Part shown: one piece after another, positions 36,941 to 46,727 of the stretch
How positions within the stretch are numbered: position 1 is the first letter of the stretch
Layout of the letters: the number at the start of each line of letters is the position of its first letter
Source: Bacteroidales bacterium
GTDB taxonomy: Bacteria; Bacteroidota; Bacteroidia; Bacteroidales; UBA932
Assembly (NCBI GenBank): GCA_017447815.1
Contig: JAFSMS010000017.1
Location: 18,940 to 82,939, forward strand
Length of the DNA stretch: 64,000 bases
Direction: 5' to 3'
The notes under the pieces: model-generated
Told to the model about the DNA's origin: nothing
Database searches by the model: none
The model's input: only the letters and a program-made list of their open reading frames with translations
Position numbers and translations under genes: made by a program

Positions 36941-39458
36941 ACTGGGAATCAGCCTGTTGGCACTGGCCCTCTTCCTTCCGGGGATGGCTTGGGCACAGGA
37001 TGCTTTTCCGGACGGGAAGCCCGTTCCGGAATGGTTCCACGATGTCCGGAAGGCAGACCTCGCTTCCCTTGGAAAGCCGTATGTCATCACCCGTCATGGG
37101 GTAAAGCGGAATTCCGCCGAGGTGCAGACGGAGGCTATCCAGAAGGTCATCGACATGGCTGCAGAGAAAGGGGGCGTGGTGGTGATTCCCAAGGGAACCT
37201 ATGTCAGCGGAGCCCTTCATTTCAAGCCCGGAACCCATCTGTGGATTGAAGGAACGCTGAAGGGGTCGGACCGGGTGAAGGATTTCCCCCTTGCGACCAC
37301 CCGCATCGAAGGGCAGACATGCACCTATTTCCCCGCCCTCGTGAACATTGACGGGGTGGACGGATTCGTGCTGGGCGGTCCGGGCACCCTGGACGGGAGC
37401 GGCACGGAATTCTGGCGGGAGATGAAAATCCGCTGGAGCTGGAATCCGGATGCCGCCAACAAGGACGGCCAGCGGCCCAGGCTGGTGTTTGTTTCCAACA
37501 GCAGCCACGTGACGGTGCAGGACCTTCACATGAAAGACAGTCCGTTCTGGACCAACCACGCCTACAAGAGCCACCATCTGCGTTTTCTGGACCTTACCGT
37601 CACCTCGCCTTCCAGCGGGGAAGTGGTGGGCTACAGCACCGACGCCATCGACCTGGACGCCTGCCACGATGTTTTGGTAAAGGGCTGTTATATGGACGTT
37701 TGTGACGATGGCGTGGTCCTCAAGGGAGGCAAGGGGACTTTTGCCGACCTGAATCCGGACAACGGCCCCAACGAGGACATCCTCATCGAGGAGTGCACCT
37801 TCGGCAGGACGCACGGCTGCCTCACCCTGGGCAGCGAATGCGTGGCCGCCCGCAATGTGATTCTTCGGAATTGCGTCTCGGAAAACACCCGCTCCGTCCT
37901 CTGGCTCAAGCTCCGCCCCGACACGCCGCAGAAATACGAGTTCATCCGCGTGGAGAACATCTCCGGCCGCTCCGGCATCGTGCTCAAGGTGCGTCCCTGG
38001 ACCCAGTACTACAAGCGGGAACCCCGGGCCGATATGCCGCTTACCCTTTGTGACCATGTGCAGTTTAATAACATCCAGGTGGAGTCTCCCGGTCCGATAG
38101 AGCTGGAACGCTCCGACCAGTATGTCCTGCGCGATTTTACCTGGGACGGAAAAGACCTTCTGGATAAAGGGGAAGAGAAGAAATACGAGGGCTGGAGCGC
38201 GGCTCAGCAGCAGGCGGTGCGTTCGGCGGCCTATGCCACTTTGAATTATGATCCTGCCGCCGTTCCCTCCTTTACGCTGGAAGACCCGCTGGCTTTCTGC
38301 GACGGCAGAAAACTGGCATCGGCCTCCGAATGGCCGGCCCGCCGGCAGGAAATCCTGGAACTGTTCCAACGGGAAATGTATGGGCGGATGCCTGCTCCCG
38401 CCCCCATCTGGTGTGAACTGCTGGAGGAGGGAAGCACGCTGACGGGCTTTGCCAAGCGCCGGCAGGTGCGCATGTGGTTCCGCGAAGACAAGACCGGCCC
38501 CAAGATAGACTGGCTCATCATAACGCCGGCCCACGTGCAGGGGCCGGTCCCGGTGATTCTGCTTCTCAACTACACCGGCAACCACGAAGTGCTGAAAGAT
38601 CCGGAGATTGTCCTTCCCGACCAGTGGATGCGGGTCCCTCCTCACGAGCGGGGGCACTATAACCTGGACGGAGAGGACACGGTTTTCCCCATCAGTTCGC
38701 TTATTGCCCGGGGATATGCCGTTGTAACCGCTTGCTATTGTGATGTTTCCCCGGATCCGGATCCGCTGCAGGAAAAGGATGGCGTGATTCTGCAGGATGG
38801 ATTCGCCGTGGAGGAAGGCGTTTTCAGGCTCTGGGGGCCCCGGGACCCTTCCCGCACCGACAACACAACGGCGCTTGCCGCCTGGGCCTGGGCCCTGATG
38901 CGCGGTGTGGACATGATTGAAAAGGACCCTTCGCTGGACTCCGGACGGATTCTTCTCACAGGCTACTCCCGTTTGGGTAAAGCCGCCATCCTGGCCGGGG
39001 CTTATGACGAGCGGATTCCGCTGGTGGTGCCCATCCAGACGGGCGGCGGCGGAGTCCCCCTGTCCAAGCACCGGTACGGCGAGTGTGTGGCCACCGAGGT
39101 GGCCTCTTTCCGCCACTGGTTCTGCCGGGCCTATGACAAATATGCCGGCAACGAGGCCGCCATGCCTTTCGACCAGCACCTCCTGCTGAGTTGCGTGGCC
39201 CCCAGGGCCCTTCTGGTGGAGGGCTTCGACAAGCCCTGGTTCGACACGGAGGGAGAGTTTCTTGCCCTGCAGGCAGCCAGTCCGGTGTGGACTTTCCTCG
39301 GCCGGCCCGGCCTCCCGGACGTTCCCTGGCCGGCCGATTACGACACCGCCGCCATCGGCCCTTGCGTGGGGTATGTCCGGCGCGATGGCGGGCATGGCAT
39401 ATCGGCCTATGACTGGATGTGGATGTTGGATTTTGCCGATAAGATTTGGAATCAATAG
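36933..39458 (+). CDS. GH28 galacturonidase-like / CE15 glucuronoyl-esterase-like fusion
   Basis: GH28: AIQKVID, SPFWT, STDAID, DDGVVLKGG, HGCLTLGSE. CE15: W..RRQEI, AWAWALMR, GYSRLGK, PFDQHLL...APR, GGHG. Confidence 0.87.
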   Translation: MNKLGISLLALALFLPGMAWAQDAFPDGKPVPEWFHDVRKADLASLGKPYVITRHGVKRNSAEVQTEAIQKVIDMAAEKGGVVVIPKGTYVSGALHFKPGTHLWIEGTLKGSDRVKDFPLATTRIEGQTCTYFPALVNIDGVDGFVLGGPGTLDGSGTEFWREMKIRWSWNPDAANKDGQRPRLVFVSNSSHVTVQDLHMKDSPFWTNHAYKSHHLRFLDLTVTSPSSGEVVGYSTDAIDLDACHDVLVKGCYMDVCDDGVVLKGGKGTFADLNPDNGPNEDILIEECTFGRTHGCLTLGSECVAARNVILRNCVSENTRSVLWLKLRPDTPQKYEFIRVENISGRSGIVLKVRPWTQYYKREPRADMPLTLCDHVQFNNIQVESPGPIELERSDQYVLRDFTWDGKDLLDKGEEKKYEGWSAAQQQAVRSAAYATLNYDPAAVPSFTLEDPLAFCDGRKLASASEWPARRQEILELFQREMYGRMPAPAPIWCELLEEGSTLTGFAKRRQVRMWFREDKTGPKIDWLIITPAHVQGPVPVILLLNYTGNHEVLKDPEIVLPDQWMRVPPHERGHYNLDGEDTVFPISSLIARGYAVVTACYCDVSPDPDPLQEKDGVILQDGFAVEEGVFRLWGPRDPSRTDNTTALAAWAWALMRGVDMIEKDPSLDSGRILLTGYSRLGKAAILAGAYDERIPLVVPIQTGGGGVPLSKHRYGECVATEVASFRHWFCRAYDKYAGNEAAMPFDQHLLLSCVAPRALLVEGFDKPWFDTEGEFLALQAASPVWTFLGRPGLPDVPWPADYDTAAIGPCVGYVRRDGGHGISAYDWMWMLDFADKIWNQ

Positions 39459-39473
39459 TTAAAACACACAGAT

Positions 39474-40370
39474 ATGAAAAGGATTTTATTTGTTTTCGCG
39501 GCCCTGCTGATGCTGGCTTCCTGCTGCCGGCAGGCTTCTCAGAAGGAGTTGGCTTCCCATGTGATTGTCATCGGCCTGGACGGCTGGGGCTCCTGGTGTA
39601 TGGAAAAGGGACAATACCCTTTTATCAAGGAAATGATGCAGGAAGGCTCCTGGACGCTGCTCAAGCGCCCCGTGCTTCCTTCTGACAGCGGCCCCAACTG
39701 GGCGGCCATGATGAACGGCACGCCGGTAGAGTCTTCCGGCTGGTACGGAAATGACTCCGAGCCCCGCTTCAAGCCCCTTTTCCAGACGGAGCACAAAAAC
39801 CAGCCCACTTTCTTCCACCTCATGAAAGAGCAGCGTCCCGGCGACGAGTGCGGTGTCGTGTGCGAGTGGGGAGATTTCCTCAATTATGCCGATACCCTGT
39901 GCCTGGATTATTACAAGCGCATCCCCGACCCTTCCCAGTATCCGGATGCGGTGGTGGAGGAAAGCGTAAAGTACATCACCGAAAAGAAACCTGTCCTGTG
40001 CTTTATTCACATCGACGCCCTGGACCACATGGGCCATGCCTTCGGCCAGGGCTCCGACGAATATTACGCCGAACTGCCCCTGGTGGACGAACGTGTCCGC
40101 AAGATTGTGGAAGGCGTGAAGGCGGCCGGCATCTATGACGACAGCATCATCATGATTACCTCCGACCATGGCCACATCGGCGGAAGCCATGGCGGATACA
40201 GCCAGCTGGAATTGGAAACCCCCTTCGTGATCTGGGGAAAAGGCGTGAAGAAGAACCACGAAATCAAGGAAACCATGATTCAGTACGATATGGCGGCTAC
40301 GGTGGCCAGAATCCTGAATCTGGAAACCCCGCAGAGCTGGCGGGGAAAAGCTATTGAAGTATTTGAATAA
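39474..40370 (+). CDS. Alkaline-phosphatase/phosphodiesterase-family lipoprotein
   Basis: Lipobox LASC; IGLDG, PSDSGPNW, DALDHMGH, TSDHGH, P-F-V-I-W-G. Confidence 0.87.
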   Translation: MKRILFVFAALLMLASCCRQASQKELASHVIVIGLDGWGSWCMEKGQYPFIKEMMQEGSWTLLKRPVLPSDSGPNWAAMMNGTPVESSGWYGNDSEPRFKPLFQTEHKNQPTFFHLMKEQRPGDECGVVCEWGDFLNYADTLCLDYYKRIPDPSQYPDAVVEESVKYITEKKPVLCFIHIDALDHMGHAFGQGSDEYYAELPLVDERVRKIVEGVKAAGIYDDSIIMITSDHGHIGGSHGGYSQLELETPFVIWGKGVKKNHEIKETMIQYDMAATVARILNLETPQSWRGKAIEVFE

Positions 40371-40376
40371 GAAACC

Positions 40377-42233
40377 ATGAAACGATTGCCCGTTCTTGCC
40401 GTGGCCCTGCTGTTGGCAGGTGCCTGCCAGGCACCCCAGGAAGAGAATATGAAAATGCTGACACCGGTCAGTTTCTCTTCCGTCACCATAAACGATGCTT
40501 TCTGGACCCCGCGTCTTCTCATCCACAAGAATGTCACCCTTCCGGTGTGCATCGATCAGATCGAGAACCAGACGGGCCGTATCCGCAATTTCGAAAATGC
40601 CGCGAAGGGAGAGGGGGAGCATTCCGGCATCTTTTTCGACGATTCAGATGTTTACAAGGCCCTGGAAGGCATGGCTTATTCCCTGCAGATTGAGCCGGAC
40701 CCCGGGCTGGAAGCCAAGTGCGACGAGTGGGTGGCGAAGTTCGCCGCCGCCCAGCAGCCCGACGGTTATCTGAATACGTTTTATACCCTCACCGGCCTGG
40801 AAAACCGCTGGCATGACATGGACCGGCACGAAATGTACTGTGCCGGACACATGACCGAGGCGGCCGTGGCGTATTATCAGGCCACGGGACGCCGCCGCCT
40901 CTTGGAAGTGAGCGAGCGGATGGCCAACCACATGATGAGCGTCTTCGGCCCCGGAAAGCGTCACTGGGTTCCCGGTCATGAGGAAATCGAACTGGCCCTT
41001 GTGAAGTTGTACGAGGTGACCGGAGAGAAGAAGTACCTGGATTTTGCAGGGTGGCTTTTGGATGAGCGCGGCCATGGTTACGGGTCTTACGGAGACGACC
41101 GTGTCTGGCCTGCCGTCTATTACCAGGACGAGGTCCCGGTGCGGGAACTGTCCCGGATCACCGGACATGCCGTACGTTCCATGTACTTGTATTGCGGAAT
41201 GGCCGATGTGGCCGCCTATACGGGAGACCGGGAACTGATGGCCGCCCTGGACCGCCTCTGGGACCATGTGGTGAACCGGAACATGTACATCACCGGCGGA
41301 ATCGGCCAGTCGTCCCGGAACGAAGGCATTACGGAAGACTATGACCTTCCCAACCTGACGGCCTATTGCGAGACCTGTGCCTCGGTGGGCATGGTTTTCT
41401 GGAACTGGCGGATGAACCAGTTCACCGGCGATGCCAAGTATATCGACGTGATGGAACGGTCCCTGTACAACGGAGCCCTGGCGGGCATTTCCCTCAGGGG
41501 AGACCGTTTCTTCTACGTGAATCCCCTGGAATCGCTGGGCGGTCACCATCGGCAGGAATGGTTTGGCTGCGCCTGCTGCCCCAGCCAAATCTGCCGATTC
41601 ATCCCCTCGGTGGGCAATTATGCCTATGCCACTTCCGAAAAAGCCCTCTGGGTGAACCTCTATATGGGCAGCGACGTGACGGTGAACCTGGCGGGGAAGG
41701 AGATGAAGGTGCATCAGACCACCGCTTATCCCTGGGATGGCAGCGTGGCTTTGGAACTGGGCCTTCAGAAGCCCGTAAAGGGCGAAATCCGCCTTCGCAT
41801 CCCCGGCTGGTGCAAGGATTATACGGTTGCGGTGAACGGCAGCGCCGTCAGCGCCCCGGTGGAGAAAGGCTACGTCGTCCTGCGCAGCAAGTGGAAGGAC
41901 AAGGACAAGATTGAACTGGTGATGACCATGCCGGTGGAGGTGGTAGCGGCCGATCCCCGCGTGAAGGAGGACGAGGGCAAGCGCGCCGTCCAGCGCGGTC
42001 CCATCGTCTATTGCATCGAAGAGGTGGACAATCCGGAAGGATTCGACAACCTGGCACTCTCCGAGGGGATGGATTTCAAGCTGGAAAAACTGCCCAAGAG
42101 ACAGTGGTGGGGACATGAAATCATGCAGATATCGGCCCGCACCGGGGAAGGGGAGATGACCCTCATTCCGTACTTCGCCTGGGACAACCGCGAAGCCGGA
42201 AAGATGAAAGTTTGGATACCTTTTAACGACTGA
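40377..42233 (+). CDS. GH127 beta-L-arabinofuranosidase-like enzyme
   Basis: DSDVYK, HEMYCAGH, GHEEIELAL, GHAVR, YCETCAS, CACCP, QRGPIVYC, IPYFAWDNR. Confidence 0.93.
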   Translation: MKRLPVLAVALLLAGACQAPQEENMKMLTPVSFSSVTINDAFWTPRLLIHKNVTLPVCIDQIENQTGRIRNFENAAKGEGEHSGIFFDDSDVYKALEGMAYSLQIEPDPGLEAKCDEWVAKFAAAQQPDGYLNTFYTLTGLENRWHDMDRHEMYCAGHMTEAAVAYYQATGRRRLLEVSERMANHMMSVFGPGKRHWVPGHEEIELALVKLYEVTGEKKYLDFAGWLLDERGHGYGSYGDDRVWPAVYYQDEVPVRELSRITGHAVRSMYLYCGMADVAAYTGDRELMAALDRLWDHVVNRNMYITGGIGQSSRNEGITEDYDLPNLTAYCETCASVGMVFWNWRMNQFTGDAKYIDVMERSLYNGALAGISLRGDRFFYVNPLESLGGHHRQEWFGCACCPSQICRFIPSVGNYAYATSEKALWVNLYMGSDVTVNLAGKEMKVHQTTAYPWDGSVALELGLQKPVKGEIRLRIPGWCKDYTVAVNGSAVSAPVEKGYVVLRSKWKDKDKIELVMTMPVEVVAADPRVKEDEGKRAVQRGPIVYCIEEVDNPEGFDNLALSEGMDFKLEKLPKRQWWGHEIMQISARTGEGEMTLIPYFAWDNREAGKMKVWIPFND

Positions 42234-42238
42234 AAGAT

Positions 42239-45200
42239 ATGAAAAAGACGGGATTTGCGCTCTCTGCGCTTCTTATTTTGGCCGCCTGCGGCGAAAAGGC
42301 CCCCAAGGGGGAGGAGGCTCCGCTGTGGGAGCCCCCGAAGGAAGAGATTGTGGAGATAGACCATACGATGGGCTGTGCCGGAGTGGCCGATGCTCCCAAC
42401 CAGTGGATCGCCTTCCGGAAAGATGTGAACCTGAAGACCGTTCCTTCCAAGGCGGAGGCCCGGATATCGGCCGACAGCAAATACTGGCTGTGGGTAAACG
42501 GGGAACTGGTGGTCTTCGAAGGCGGCCTCAAGCGCGGTCCCAATCCCTCTGACAGTTATTTTGACCGCCTGGACCTGGCTCCTTACCTCAAGAAAGGGGA
42601 GAACCGGGTGGCGCTGCTGCTCTGGTACCTTGGCAAGGATGCTTTCTCGCACAAGAGCAGCGGAACGCCGCAGCTGTGGTTCGACTGCCCGGCCATCGGC
42701 AACGACGGCTGGCAATGCCGCGTCCATCCCGCCTATGGGACGGCCGATGACCTTCCGGTGCCCAACTTCCGCCTTCCGGAATCCTGCATCCGCTTCGATG
42801 CGCAGAAGGATATGGAAGGCTGGCAGACAGGCTCCCTGGAGGGATTCTCGCCCGCGGTGACGCTGGAGAACACCCTGGGCAAGCTGCATATCCGTCCCAT
42901 TCCGCAGTGGAAGGACTTCGGCGTCAAGGAGATTGCCTTTGAGACGGAGGCGGGTCCCACTGCGGATACGGTACGTGCGCTCCTGCCCCATAACATGCAG
43001 ATGACCCCCGTCCTCGCGGTGGAGGACCCGGAAGGCGGCCACCGGATTGTCATTGAGACCGACCACTCCAAAGTGGGGGTGGAGTGCCTGAGGGCCGAAT
43101 ACATCACCAGGCCTGGAAAGCAGACCTACGAGTCCCTGGGCTGGCTCAGCGGACAGCGGATTATCCTGACGGTTGAGCACGGCGCCCGAGTGACGGGCCT
43201 CTCCTACCGCGAAACCGGCTATGACACCGCCCCCGACGGCAAGTTCAGCTGTTCGGATGAATTTTATAACCTCTTCTGGCAGAAGGGCCTGAGGACCATC
43301 TATGTGAATTCCCGCGACACCTTCTTCGACTGCCCGGACCGCGAAAGGGCCCAGTGGTGGGGAGATATCGTGACCATCACGGGAGAGAGTTTCTACACCT
43401 ATTCTCCTTCCCTGTATTCCCTTATCCGGAAGGGCATCCGGGAACTCTGCGACTGGCAACGTCCGGACGATATCCTGTTCTCTCCCATCCCCGGCAACTA
43501 CGGGGTGGAGCTGCCCTGCCAGATGCTGGCCGCCGTGGGCCGATACGGTATCTGGAACTACTACATGAACACCGGAGACCTGGAGACCATCCGCTATGCC
43601 TATCCTGCCGTGAAGCGCTATCTGGCCACTTATCACCGGGGTCCCGACGGGCTCATGGCCTGGCACAAGGGAGACTGGAACTGGGGAGACTGGGGCGACA
43701 ACCGGGACCTGCGCCTCCTGCAGAACCTGTGGTATGTCCTGGCCCTGCAATCCATTTCGGATATGGCCGATGCCCTGGGAAACCAGGCCGAAGGCACCGC
43801 CTACTGGGCCCAGATGCTTTCCCTTTGCGAAGCCATCAACCGGGAGGCCTGGACGGGAACCTGCTACCGGCATCCGGAATATCAGGGTGAGACTGACGAC
43901 CGGGTGAATGCCCTTGCCGTACTGGCCGGATTGGCCGACAGGGACAAATACGACGCCCTCTTCGAAGTGTTCAAAACCCATGAACACGCCAGCCCTTACA
44001 TGGAAAAGTATGTGATGGAAGCGCTCTTTGCCATCGGCCACGGGGATTATGCCCTGGAGCGTGAACGCAAAAGATACGATTTCATGGTGAACCATCCCGA
44101 CTACGACACCCTCTTCGAAAACTGGAACGTGGGCGTGAACGGAAACTGGGACTGCGGCAGCGTAAACCATGCCTGGAGCGGCGGTCCGCTGGCGGTCTTC
44201 CCTTCCCGGATGCTGGGAATCGTGCCCAAGGAACCCGGCTGGAAGCGTTTCACCGTCCGGCCGGATGCCGTTGTCTTTGACGAGTGCTCCCTTTCCTTCC
44301 CCACGGTGGCGGGAACCATCGCCGTCACTTACAGCCGCAGCGGGGACTATATGGAAATTACCGTTCCGGAAGGAACGCTTGCGGATGTATCCCTCCCGGA
44401 TACTTTCCTCCGTAAGGCCCTGGGCCCCGGAACACACCGTCTGCCGCTCACTTTCAAGCAGGAAAACACAGCCGGCATGAAGTTCCGGGATGCCTCCCTT
44501 CCCGTCGAGAAGCGCGTGAAAGACCTGATGGGCCGGCTCACTACGGAAGAAAAGGTGCAGCAGATTACGGCCCAGCTCCTGTTCGGGGGTGAGTTTTATC
44601 TGAAGCGGAACTATCCCGTGGGCCATATCCGGAACGTGGGTCATTTCCTGAAAGGAGCCACTCCCCGGGAGGTGGCCGATGCCATCAATGAGGACACCCG
44701 CCGTTCCATGGCGGCCAGCCGCTGGGGTATCCCGGTGCTGCAGCATGGAGAAGCCCTGCATGGGGCACAGTGGGGAAGCGCCACCTGCTTCCCCCAGAGC
44801 ATCGGCATGGCGGCTACTTTCAACGACGACCTGTATTACCGCGTGGGCCAGGTAGTGGCCCAGGAACTGCGCGCCGTGGGCGTACGGCAGGTGTATGCTC
44901 CGGTCATCAACATCACGCGCGACCAGCGCTGGGGCCGCGGGCAGGAGAGTTATGGAGAAGACGTCCTGATGAACTCCCGGATGGGCGTTGCGTATGTGAA
45001 AGCCTTGGAAGAGGGCGGCGTGGTGGCCACGCCCAAGCATTTCGTGGACAATTACGGCGAGGGCGGGCACGATTCCTTTGCTTCCACCACCTCGTGGAGG
45101 GAACTTAGGGAAGTGTACATGGAGCCCTTCCGGGCCTGTGTCCAGGAAGGCGGAGCACGGGGCATCATGAGTTCATACAACTCAGTGGACGGCATTCCGG

Positions 45201-46615
45201 CCTCCTGCAACGGCTATCTCCTGAATGACATACTCAAGAAGGAATGGGGCTTCAAGGGAATTGTGGTCTCCGACTATGACGCCGTCGATATCGTCCGCCG
45301 GTCCCATCGGATGGCCGAAACGGAAGACGATGCCCTGGTGATGTGCCTTAAAAACGGACTGGACCTGGAACTGCACAGCACTTCGCTGGGCCTTCTGGCG
45401 AAGGTGGAAGACGGCAGCGTTCCCATGGAAGTGCTGGACGAGGCCGTGCGCCGGGTCCTCACCCTCAAATTCGAACTGGGCCTCTTCGACGAGCCTCTCG
45501 TGGATGCCCAGAGGGCCGATGAGACCGTCCGCAGCGCGGAGCACCGCGAACTGGCCTACGAGAGCGCCGTTCAGGCTATGACCCTTCTGAAGAACGACGG
45601 CATCCTGCCGCTGAAAAATGTCCGCCGCGTGGGCCTGTACGGGCCGGCCGCCAATACCCTGAACCTCGGAGACTACAGCGGTGGTTACGGAGGCTGGCGG
45701 GGCGAAGGGGCCATCACGCCTTATGAAGGCCTGAAGCAGGCCCTCTCCGGGCAGGCCGAAGTGCTTCTCAATCCCGATACCCGCAGCTGCGACGTGCTGC
45801 TTTTCTTCCCTTCCATCCGGGAAGAGGAGGGAAGCGACCGCAGCAGTTTCCGTCTTCCGTCGGCCAGTATGACCGTGCGCCGGGAAGAGGGCGCTACCAT
45901 CATCGGCGGGCAGCAGGAAATGCGGGTCAATGTGGATCAGGAGAAGATGGTGCGGGACCTCATCGCTACCGGAAAGCCGGTGGTGGTGGTTCTTCACAAT
46001 GGAGCGGTTATCGACATTTCCGACTGGGTGGACGGCGCCGCGGCCGTGCTGGAAGCCTGGTATCCCGGTGAGCAGGGCGGCCGTGCCGAGGCCGATGTCC
46101 TGACCGGCAAGCGCAATCCCGGCGGGCGTCTGCCCTTCAGCTGGGTGCGCAGCATCGGCCAGAATCCTTACTATTATTCCATCAAGCCCAGCGGCCGCGG
46201 GTATGGCTATGTGGAGAACGACGGTTCCCCGCTCTATCCCTTCGGCTATGGCCTCAGCTACACTACCTTCGAGTACGGTGGCTTGGAACTTCCGGAAACG
46301 CTGGAGAAGGACAAGCCCCTGAAAGTGAAGGTGACGGTGACCAACTCCGGTTCCTTGGCCGGCGACGAGGTGGTCCAGGTCTATCTCCACGACGAACTGG
46401 CCTCCGTGGTGCGGCCCATGAAGCAGCTGGCCGCTTTCAAGCGGGTCACCCTGGGGCCCGGTGAGAGCCGTGAGGTGGAACTGGAGATTCCCTACCGCCA
46501 GTTCGGCCTGTGGGACAAAGACATGCACTTCGGCGTGGAAGAAGGCTGGTTCGAGGTGTGGATCGGCAAGAACGCCAACGAAAAAATAGCCGAACGGCGG
46601 GTGTATGTCAATTGA
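42239..46615 (+). CDS. GH78 alpha-L-rhamnosidase / GH3 fusion lipoprotein
   Basis: GH78: DCPDRERAQWWGD, WGDW, TLFENW, NHAW. GH3 from about 44477: RWGRGQESYGED, KHF, WGFKGIVVSDY, YPFGYGLSYT. Confidence 0.9.
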   Translation: MKKTGFALSALLILAACGEKAPKGEEAPLWEPPKEEIVEIDHTMGCAGVADAPNQWIAFRKDVNLKTVPSKAEARISADSKYWLWVNGELVVFEGGLKRGPNPSDSYFDRLDLAPYLKKGENRVALLLWYLGKDAFSHKSSGTPQLWFDCPAIGNDGWQCRVHPAYGTADDLPVPNFRLPESCIRFDAQKDMEGWQTGSLEGFSPAVTLENTLGKLHIRPIPQWKDFGVKEIAFETEAGPTADTVRALLPHNMQMTPVLAVEDPEGGHRIVIETDHSKVGVECLRAEYITRPGKQTYESLGWLSGQRIILTVEHGARVTGLSYRETGYDTAPDGKFSCSDEFYNLFWQKGLRTIYVNSRDTFFDCPDRERAQWWGDIVTITGESFYTYSPSLYSLIRKGIRELCDWQRPDDILFSPIPGNYGVELPCQMLAAVGRYGIWNYYMNTGDLETIRYAYPAVKRYLATYHRGPDGLMAWHKGDWNWGDWGDNRDLRLLQNLWYVLALQSISDMADALGNQAEGTAYWAQMLSLCEAINREAWTGTCYRHPEYQGETDDRVNALAVLAGLADRDKYDALFEVFKTHEHASPYMEKYVMEALFAIGHGDYALERERKRYDFMVNHPDYDTLFENWNVGVNGNWDCGSVNHAWSGGPLAVFPSRMLGIVPKEPGWKRFTVRPDAVVFDECSLSFPTVAGTIAVTYSRSGDYMEITVPEGTLADVSLPDTFLRKALGPGTHRLPLTFKQENTAGMKFRDASLPVEKRVKDLMGRLTTEEKVQQITAQLLFGGEFYLKRNYPVGHIRNVGHFLKGATPREVADAINEDTRRSMAASRWGIPVLQHGEALHGAQWGSATCFPQSIGMAATFNDDLYYRVGQVVAQELRAVGVRQVYAPVINITRDQRWGRGQESYGEDVLMNSRMGVAYVKALEEGGVVATPKHFVDNYGEGGHDSFASTTSWRELREVYMEPFRACVQEGGARGIMSSYNSVDGIPASCNGYLLNDILKKEWGFKGIVVSDYDAVDIVRRSHRMAETEDDALVMCLKNGLDLELHSTSLGLLAKVEDGSVPMEVLDEAVRRVLTLKFELGLFDEPLVDAQRADETVRSAEHRELAYESAVQAMTLLKNDGILPLKNVRRVGLYGPAANTLNLGDYSGGYGGWRGEGAITPYEGLKQALSGQAEVLLNPDTRSCDVLLFFPSIREEEGSDRSSFRLPSASMTVRREEGATIIGGQQEMRVNVDQEKMVRDLIATGKPVVVVLHNGAVIDISDWVDGAAAVLEAWYPGEQGGRAEADVLTGKRNPGGRLPFSWVRSIGQNPYYYSIKPSGRGYGYVENDGSPLYPFGYGLSYTTFEYGGLELPETLEKDKPLKVKVTVTNSGSLAGDEVVQVYLHDELASVVRPMKQLAAFKRVTLGPGESREVELEIPYRQFGLWDKDMHFGVEEGWFEVWIGKNANEKIAERRVYVN

Positions 46616-46727
46616 GCGTCGAATGTAAGTAACTGATTTTTATTCGTTTATGAGAATTCGCTTAGTCCGGATCGCCCAAGCGATTTTGCGTAAAACGCTG
46701 GTGGTCAGCTGTTTGTGTTCGATGGCC
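46616..46727 (+). repeat. 112-bp module, copy A (spacer plus signal-peptide region)
   Basis: Ungapped hand alignment to 55764..55875 gives 78/112 identities; degenerate palindromes at 46626-46650 and 46691-46715. Confidence 0.85.
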
